NCBI GenBank assembly: GCA_002787695.1
Contig: PCXL01000013.1
Span: 31,168 to 95,167, forward strand
DNA: 64,000 bases
Source: Candidatus Zambryskibacteria bacterium CG10_big_fil_rev_8_21_14_0_10_42_12
Lineage (GTDB): Bacteria > Patescibacteriota > Minisyncoccia > Phycocordibacterales > 1-14-0-10-42-12
Direction: 5' to 3'
The translations under genes were made by a program, and so were the position numbers. Shown piece after piece: positions 57,626-64,000 of this stretch (within the stretch, counting starts at the first letter, position 1; each line of letters begins with the position of its first letter). The notes under the pieces were generated by a model. That model was not told the origin of the DNA. It ran no database searches and saw nothing but the letters and a program-made list of their open reading frames with translations.

Positions 57626-58138
57626 TTATTGTACGCGACTTACCAGATCAGCAAGGGTCGGAGATCCAGACCATTTTTGTATCAGATTCCCTTCACTATC
57701 TACCTGCACCATCGTGTGCTGTACGGTTACGCCATATTTTCTCTTCAAATCTGAATATGTATCATAATCAGTCTTTAAAATAGTAAGGTTGGCAGGAATA
57801 TTACTGATATTCGATTCAATATCTGCATTGAGTGCTCTGCATGTAGGACACCACGTTGCATGAAAAAACAGAACAACGTCACCCTGTGCTGCCATTGCAA
57901 TTTTCTCTGGAGCATAGACTTCATAGGAACCGCCATTATTTATCATCATGAGATCTCCCTCCGCTGAACTATCATCCTGAACAGTAGCAGTATCGTCTCC
58001 ACGAGTGATCTCATCATTCACTCCGTTATCCATCATCTCTTCTGACTCACTGCCTCGAAACATAAAAATACCCAATACTATCAATACAATTGCCACTAAA
58101 CCAATCACAACAGTATTTCCTTTTTGAAAATTATACAT
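57626..58138 (-). CDS. Membrane-anchored extracytoplasmic thioredoxin (TlpA/ResA/Etrx-like)
   Basis: N-terminal TM and a WCPTC active site. Confidence 0.8.
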   Translation of the reverse strand: MYNFQKGNTVVIGLVAIVLIVLGIFMFRGSESEEMMDNGVNDEITRGDDTATVQDDSSAEGDLMMINNGGSYEVYAPEKIAMAAQGDVVLFFHATWCPTCRALNADIESNISNIPANLTILKTDYDTYSDLKRKYGVTVQHTMVQVDSEGNLIQKWSGSPTLADLVSRVQ

Positions 58139-58226
58139 ACATATTTGTCGTTAGAAATAACATATATATTTTAATTAAAGCAATATATATGTAAAGTTTA
58201 CTTTACATATATCTGTGTATAAATAA

Positions 58227-58592
58227 CTAGTACTTACGTTTTGCCCACACAAAGCCAAGAATTTTGGCAACAATCATAGCGACAAGTGCGGCAATCAACC
58301 ATTTATTTACCATGTTGTGTTTCAATACTTCAAAAATTATTCCGAGTACTAACACAAAAGCACTCGCAAGATACCCAATACGCCCCGCTATGTTCCGCAG
58401 ATATATTTCTCGCTCGTCCCCCTTCTTCTCTCTCCAAATAAAAATTACATACGCAACAAAGAGTGCGCCGAAGATACACAAAATTGTCGCAATCCATCCC
58501 ATTGGCATCCAGTAGGGATTTACAAAAATAAAAGCGGTTACAATGAGGAGTAAGGCAATAAGTAGCTCTGAAAGATTGTCACGCATATACAT
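58227..58592 (-). CDS. DUF2178-like membrane protein
   Basis: Four TM helices. Paired with the XRE regulator. Confidence 0.4.
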   Translation of the reverse strand: MYMRDNLSELLIALLLIVTAFIFVNPYWMPMGWIATILCIFGALFVAYVIFIWREKKGDEREIYLRNIAGRIGYLASAFVLVLGIIFEVLKHNMVNKWLIAALVAMIVAKILGFVWAKRKY

Positions 58593-58786
58593 TAGTTAAT
58601 AGTGAATAAATTTTCTACAGATGTTTTAAAAAATTTAGCAATTTTAATTGCCAACTCAACCGAAGGAATATAGTTGCCTTTTTCAAGTGAAATAATTGTT
58701 TGTCGTGATACACCTACAGCTTCTGCCAAATATTCTTGGGTAATCCCCTGTTCACACCTAATATCTTTTACCTTATTCTTCACCAT
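58592..58786 (-). CDS. XRE-family helix-turn-helix transcriptional regulator
   Basis: ITQEYLAEAVGVSRQTIISLEKGNYIPSVELAIKIAKFF, an HTH_XRE pattern. The start is probably at MVKNKVKDI. Confidence 0.75.
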   Translation of the reverse strand: MVKNKVKDIRCEQGITQEYLAEAVGVSRQTIISLEKGNYIPSVELAIKIAKFFKTSVENLFTIN

Positions 58787-59201
58787 TGTCCTTATCCTCT
58801 TCTTTTTTGGGTGCAAGGTCAAGACATACTGAATTCATACAATAGCGTTTCCCTGTAGTTTCTGTAGGTCCATCATCAAATACGTGACCTAAGTGCGATC
58901 CGCATTTTCCGCACACAACCTCAGTCCTGTGCATACCATGGCTCGTATCTTCTTCAAGTTTTACCGCCCCCGGAAGCGCCTCATCAAATGAAGGCCAACC
59001 CGTGCCTGAATCAAATTTTGCATCTGATGCAAAAAGTGGATTGCCACAGACTTTGCACATGTATGTACCCTCTCTTTTTTCGTGTAAATATTTACCTGTA
59101 CCCGGTACTTCCGTACCTTTTTCGCGCAACACTTTATATTCTTCAGGTGTTAATTTTTGTTTTATTTCTTCTTCGTTCATCATATAGGTATTATAGAGCA
59201 A
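58773..59201 (-). CDS. msrB: Peptide-methionine (R)-S-oxide reductase
   Basis: Zn-binding CKVCGNPLF ... CGKCGSHLGHVFDDGP with a catalytic Cys near the C-terminus. Confidence 0.9.
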   Translation of the reverse strand: MLYNTYMMNEEEIKQKLTPEEYKVLREKGTEVPGTGKYLHEKREGTYMCKVCGNPLFASDAKFDSGTGWPSFDEALPGAVKLEEDTSHGMHRTEVVCGKCGSHLGHVFDDGPTETTGKRYCMNSVCLDLAPKKEEDKDNGEE

Positions 59202-59253
59202 ATTTGCCTTTTACCATCCTTCCGTGGTAATTTGAAAATCCGGGAGGAAAGAG

Positions 59254-59352
59254 GCACGTAGCGGGAGGACAATAGTTCGAAAAACCTTGGATCTAACACC
59301 GAACTACCGCCTCTTTCTTCCCCGGCAATCACGCTGGACCATATTTTTGGTC
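59254..59352 (+). ncRNA. Candidate small structured RNA or cis-element antisense to the msrA-msrB junction, with its own rho-independent terminator
   Basis: Long-range stem ccgggaggaaagaggc (59254-59269) / gcctctttcttccccgg (59312-59328) enclosing an agttcg/cgaact helix, then ggacca-tattttt-tggtcc plus a T-run. Possible TTGCCT-N18-TAATTT promoter at 59205-59234. Confidence 0.3.
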
Positions 59353-59359
59353 CGGTCTT

Positions 59360-59899
59360 TTATTTATTCATAAGTGCTTTAAACCGTTTTGCCAACTTTT
59401 CCAATTTCGGCTCTATCACAATAGAACAATATGGTGCGGTTTTATTATTTTCATAATAATTCTTATGGTATTCCTCTGCCTCATAAAATTTTCCTAATGG
59501 TACTACTTCTGTTACAACTGGATTTTCATATACATGCGCATCGTCTGTTTCTTTTATAATCTGCTCTGCTTTTTTCTTCTGCGCATCAGTTGTATAAAAA
59601 ATTACCGACCGATATTGTTCTCCCACGTCATTTCCTTGTCGATTTTTCGTAGTGGGATCATGGGTTCCAAAAAATACTGCGAGCAAATCTTCAAATGAAA
59701 TGATGTTTGGGTCAAATTCAATTTTGACCGCTTCTGCATGTCCGGTGTCACCCTCTACAACATCATAATAGGTTGGATTGTCTGTCTTACCTCCTGCATA
59801 TCCGGGCACCACAGAACCCACACCCTTAAGGCGACTAAAGACTGCTTCCGTACACCAAAAGCATCCTCCTCCAAATACTGCTACCTCAATATGGTTCAT
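59360..59899 (-). CDS. msrA: Peptide-methionine (S)-S-oxide reductase
   Basis: VAVFGGGCFWCTEAVF active site. The start is probably at MNHIEV (59899). The ORF track extends it to 59962. Confidence 0.88.
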   Translation of the reverse strand: MNHIEVAVFGGGCFWCTEAVFSRLKGVGSVVPGYAGGKTDNPTYYDVVEGDTGHAEAVKIEFDPNIISFEDLLAVFFGTHDPTTKNRQGNDVGEQYRSVIFYTTDAQKKKAEQIIKETDDAHVYENPVVTEVVPLGKFYEAEEYHKNYYENNKTAPYCSIVIEPKLEKLAKRFKALMNK

Positions 59900-59979
59900 A
59901 TTTTTATAATACTCTTTTTGAAAGAAATATGTCAGAGCACATATACCCGCCTCTCCAGACAATTGCTAATTGACAAACA

Positions 59980-61236
59980 TTGTTGTATAACGAGCTTGCA
60001 CTTCATGAACCTAAACCTATGACAAAAAAGAGTCGTGTTGCCGAAGAATTAGCTAAAGAAGGGAATATTTCCATCATCAACCTGGTAGATGCCATTGTTG
60101 AAGAAGCATATACACTGAAATCATCCGATATTCATATTGATCCCACTGCCAAGTCAGTAACGGTACGCATGCGTATCGATGGCGTCCTCCAAGACATCTA
60201 TACATTACCGAAAGAGATTCAATCTGAGATTGTGACACGTATCAAAGTGCTTGCAGGTCTGCGTACCGATGAACATCAGACTCCACAGGATGGTCGCTTC
60301 CGCACAGATGTGCCAGACGTTGGCCCTATTGATATACGTGTCGCAATCGCACCAACCCACTACGGAGAAAACGCTGTCCTTCGTTTGCTTTCTGAAAACT
60401 CTGAAAAATTTACACTTGAAATGCTTGGTTTCGATGATAAAGACGCAAAACGCATTCGCGAAGCAATTAAAAAGCCTTACGGCATGATCCTCGTAACAGG
60501 ACCAACCGGCTCAGGTAAAACAACCACACTCTATACAGTTCTTAAAGACTTGAACACTAAAGAAGTTGCCATCATCACCATTGAAGACCCGATTGAATAT
60601 GCTATTGATGGCATAAACCAGATGCAGGTCAATTCGCGCACCGGCATGACATTTGCAAACGGTCTTCGTTCTATGCTCCGTCAAGACCCCGACATCATCA
60701 TGGTCGGAGAAATTCGTGATTCCGAAACGTCAGGACTTGCAGTTAACACAGCACTGACCGGCCATCTGGTCCTCTCGACACTTCATACCAGTGACGCCGC
60801 TACTACACTACCTCGTCTCATAGATCTCGGCGTGGAACCATACCTCATCACTGCAACCGTTAACGTTGTTATCGGACAACGTCTTGTTCGAACTATTTGT
60901 AATAGCTGCAAAACCAAAAAACAACTAACTGATCTCGAGAAAGAAAGTATCCAAGGCATGGAAGGAGCCGATGTTCTACAGCATACACATGAGGTATACC
61001 ACGGCACAGGTTGTGATGAGTGTACCGGCAGTGGTTACAAAGGACGCATGGGTATTTATGAAGTCATGCCAATTGACGAGCCTATTCGCGAGGCCATGCT
61101 TCGCAGATGCTCCTCAACAGAAATGAGAAAAATCGCTATCCAAAACGGGATGAAATCCATGATCAAAGATGGATTTAATAAAGTCGCAAGCGGAAAAACG
61201 ACGTTAGAAGAAGTGCTCCGTGTAATTCACGAATAA
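59980..61236 (+). CDS. pilB: Type IV pilus assembly ATPase (GspE/PilB family, short N-terminus)
   Basis: Walker A GPTGSGKTT, Asp box, His box, tetra-Cys motif CNSC...CDEC. The start may be the internal MTKKSR at 60020. Confidence 0.85.
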   Translation: MLYNELALHEPKPMTKKSRVAEELAKEGNISIINLVDAIVEEAYTLKSSDIHIDPTAKSVTVRMRIDGVLQDIYTLPKEIQSEIVTRIKVLAGLRTDEHQTPQDGRFRTDVPDVGPIDIRVAIAPTHYGENAVLRLLSENSEKFTLEMLGFDDKDAKRIREAIKKPYGMILVTGPTGSGKTTTLYTVLKDLNTKEVAIITIEDPIEYAIDGINQMQVNSRTGMTFANGLRSMLRQDPDIIMVGEIRDSETSGLAVNTALTGHLVLSTLHTSDAATTLPRLIDLGVEPYLITATVNVVIGQRLVRTICNSCKTKKQLTDLEKESIQGMEGADVLQHTHEVYHGTGCDECTGSGYKGRMGIYEVMPIDEPIREAMLRRCSSTEMRKIAIQNGMKSMIKDGFNKVASGKTTLEEVLRVIHE

Positions 61237-61240
61237 TATT

Positions 61241-62359
61241 ATGACAACAGCAACCCTCACAGAAAGTTTTAAGAACCTCATGACTGATATCAAAACCAGT
61301 CTCACGATGCCGAGACTTTCCCTCCAAGAACAAGCACTCTTTGCAAAGCGTCTCTCACTCCTTACACAATCTGGAGTCCCCCTTCTCCGCGGTGTTCATA
61401 TGCTAGAAGCTGATGCTGAATCACGCAATCTCAAAAAGATGTTCACCCTCATTGCTGAGGATTTAGCAAACGGACAATTCCTCTCAAAAAGTTTAGGGAG
61501 GTTTCGTAAGGTATTCGGTGATTTTGCCATTAACATGATCTACGTTGGTGAGACGTCGGGAAACTTATCACAAAACCTTCGCTATCTTTCAGAAGAAATA
61601 GACAAACAGCGTAGACTTCGCCAAAAAGTTGTGAGTGCCCTTGTGTACCCATGTGTTATTTTGATCGCTTCACTTGCAGTTTCTGGTCTTATGACAGTCT
61701 ATCTATTTCCTAAACTGCTCCCCATTTTTAAAAGTCTCAACGTTGACCTACCGTTTACGACACGTGCCCTACTCTTCATCAGTAATTTCTTGATTAATTA
61801 TTGGTACTATCTGCTCGGTGGACTCATCACACTGATTATTGCGTTCTTTTTACTACTCCGCGCGACTCCATTTCGATTCTTGATGCACAAACTGGTACTC
61901 AAAATCCCGCTCGTCGGAACCATGCTCAAGTACTACTACATCGTCAACATGTGCCGCACACTTGGTATTACCTTTAAAAGTCAGATCCATGTACTTGAAG
62001 CAACAAACATCACTGCTGATACCTGCACCAACATGGTCTATAGCAAAGCGCTTCGCGAACTCAATCAATCAATCACCAAGGGTGGCAATATGGCCGACTA
62101 TTTCTCACAAGATAAAGCACACTTCCCTTCTCTTATGTCTCAAATGATTTCAATCGGCGAAAGTACCGGAACACTGAGCGATACCTTGCTGTATCTTTCA
62201 AATATTTACGAGGAAGAACTTGATGAGCAAACGAAACGACTGTCCTCTCTCATCGAGCCAGCCGTCATGATTTTCATGGGTATTATTGTTGGGTTTATTG
62301 CCGTATCCATTATTACACCGATATACGAGATAACGCAGAACTTAAATCCAAAGCACTAA
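61241..62359 (+). CDS. pilC: Type IV pilus platform protein (GspF/PilC family)
   Basis: Two T2SSF repeats, three TM helices. Confidence 0.85.
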   Translation: MTTATLTESFKNLMTDIKTSLTMPRLSLQEQALFAKRLSLLTQSGVPLLRGVHMLEADAESRNLKKMFTLIAEDLANGQFLSKSLGRFRKVFGDFAINMIYVGETSGNLSQNLRYLSEEIDKQRRLRQKVVSALVYPCVILIASLAVSGLMTVYLFPKLLPIFKSLNVDLPFTTRALLFISNFLINYWYYLLGGLITLIIAFFLLLRATPFRFLMHKLVLKIPLVGTMLKYYYIVNMCRTLGITFKSQIHVLEATNITADTCTNMVYSKALRELNQSITKGGNMADYFSQDKAHFPSLMSQMISIGESTGTLSDTLLYLSNIYEEELDEQTKRLSSLIEPAVMIFMGIIVGFIAVSIITPIYEITQNLNPKH

Positions 62360-62361
62360 TT

Positions 62362-62790
62362 ATGAAAAGGGGTTTTACGCTACTGGAAATACTGATTACT
62401 TTAGGCATCATCGGATTGCTTGCGTTTATCGGTATTATCACAGGCGTTGACACCTATAAGCGGTATCTTACCCGTTCTGACATAGACTCGGCCGCAGTGC
62501 TTTTGCAAAAAGCTCGCAGTTCAGCAATCAACAACATCGGCAACACGAGCCATGGCGTACATGTTGGAAATACTGGTGAGTTTGTGTTATTCCGCGGCAA
62601 CTCATACGCATCACGCGATACAACGTATGATCTTGTGATAGAACAAAACAAAGATATAGCTATCAGCGGACTTTCCGAAGTCGTGTTCAGTCAAATTTCC
62701 GGCGAGACCACCGCAGGAACTATAACGGTGACAAGCGACACCGGAAATATAACCATAAACATTAATAGTGAAGGAGGTATTAATTGGTAA
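62362..62790 (+). CDS. Type IV pilin / pseudopilin (prepilin-type N-terminal methylation motif)
   Basis: MKRGFTLLEILITLGIIGLLA class III signal: G|FTLLE with Glu at +5. Confidence 0.8.
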   Translation: MKRGFTLLEILITLGIIGLLAFIGIITGVDTYKRYLTRSDIDSAAVLLQKARSSAINNIGNTSHGVHVGNTGEFVLFRGNSYASRDTTYDLVIEQNKDIAISGLSEVVFSQISGETTAGTITVTSDTGNITININSEGGINW

Positions 62791-62805
62791 TCATATGTAT
62801 ACAAA

Positions 62806-64000
62806 AGGATCCAGCATCATAGAAATCATCATCGCGCTTGCCGTCCTCACATTTGGTATTACTGCCGGCACCTTACTTGCATTTTCAAATCAAAGTATCG
62901 AGCTTGATACTCAGACTGCGAGCGAAGCACTCTACATCACCAAGGATGCCATCGAAAACGTGCGCGCAACGGCACAAGGAGATTTTAGCGAAATCGCTTC
63001 GCTTGAAATCACACAAAGCATTGATATTTATACAAATCAAATTTTTGCTTTAAATTCTGACTGTTCAAAGCGAGTGACAAGTCTCACCACCTGGCAGACT
63101 GATGCACAAAGAGACAAGTATATTTCGCTTACCACAGAAATTGCAGACATGACTGAAGCACTTGCCTTAGGTGGCGGATGCACAGGATTTCCGGGAGACG
63201 AATGGTATCACCCTGATACATCAAATGTAGCAAACACCAACCCTGCAAGTGCACGGGGCACCGGTGTTGATGTAGCAAAAATAAATGGACGAGCATATGC
63301 TTTTGTCACATCCGATATTAGTGGATCGAGTCAAGATGATTTTTGGGCATTTGATGTAGAAGATGTCACCCAAACAACTGCACCAACAAAAATGACATCC
63401 CTCGATACTGGACTTGGTCTTGTAGACATCGCGGTAGCAAAACAAGAATCAACCGGAAAATATTTTGCCTATGTTGCAAACAAAGAAATAGAAGTGCCAC
63501 CGAGTGACCCTGTTGTGAGAGAACAACTACAAGTCATTGAGGTTACCAACATCGATGATCCTAACCCACATAACAGGGCGGTACTCAGAGCATCTATTGA
63601 ACTTCCTGGTGTTGATCCAGAAGGATCATATCCTGAAGGACGCTCAATATTTTATTACAACAACAAAGTGTACATCGGCATCGCCGAAACAGATGGGCCC
63701 GAATTTCATGTCTTTAATGTCACAAACCCTACAAGCCCACAACATCTCGGCAGTATAGAACTCACACACAACGTAAACGATATAGTAGTCAGAGGTGATT
63801 ATGCATACCTTGCAACATCGGATAACTCCGGAGAGGTCATGGTTATCGATATCAGTAACCCAAGTGCCATGGTACATCCTGATATAAGTGGTCTCAAATA
63901 CAATGCACCCGGAAGTGCTGACGCAACAGCTGTATACGTATCAGGTAACACACTATACGCAGGAAGAAACAGAGATGGATCACAGGACGACTTTTTCGTA
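62806..64000 (+). CDS. Large pilin-like protein: a prepilin N-terminus fused to LVIVD-type beta-propeller repeats (partial, continues past the window end)
   Basis: MYTKG|SSIIEIIIALAVL prepilin motif. Repeats such as LVDIAVAK..KYFAYVANK, VYIGIAETDG and DYAYLATSDNSGEVMVIDISNP. The frame stays open to 64000. Confidence 0.55.

Overview
AT-rich (about 40% GC) and tightly packed bacterial chromosomal segment. The gene content and style (a minimal rpoB/rpoC, a lysine-rich sigma-70 N-terminus, split transketolase, leaderless starts, type IV pilus genes, no outer-membrane components) suggest a Patescibacteria/CPR-like or other small-genome monoderm organism. Most of the window is housekeeping on long co-directional blocks. 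There is a minus-strand superoperon rpoB-rpoC-dnaG-rpoD-UvrD/Cas4-like helicase-nuclease. Other blocks are rpsP-KH and trmD, RNase R, a short SMC, split transketolase-rpe-rpiB-gap, nrdAB, htpX-DUF2207-lemA, groESL, secG, an oligopeptide-type binding protein, RNase J, MFS, YtxG/YtxH-like proteins, a CaCA exchanger, an RND pump with adaptor, and an extracytoplasmic thiol-redox/methionine-sulfoxide repair cluster (glutaredoxin-like, SOUL, Gmad2, PPC, CcdA, membrane thioredoxin, XRE+DUF2178, msrB, msrA). The window ends with a type IV pilus operon (pilB, pilC, a pilin, and a large pilin fused to LVIVD-type beta-propeller repeats, cut off by the window edge). One tRNA-Ser(GGA) is present. No CRISPR array, rRNA, transposase or integrase was seen. 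The features the ORF track does not explain are: (1) several GC-rich (55-75% GC) mini-islands embedded in AT-rich intergenic DNA, each with its own consensus promoter, SD and terminator, carrying small ORFs or a signal-peptide/PEP-CTERM protein (3286-3470, 17079-17318, 21037-21508, 40118-40870, partly 45000-45750); (2) a structured tRNA-like element next to tRNA-Ser that repeats its 3' end; (3) a structured element with its own terminator lying antisense between msrA and msrB; (4) dispersed and tandem stop-codon-rich short repeats around terminators. All coordinates and motifs were read by eye. No database search was run.
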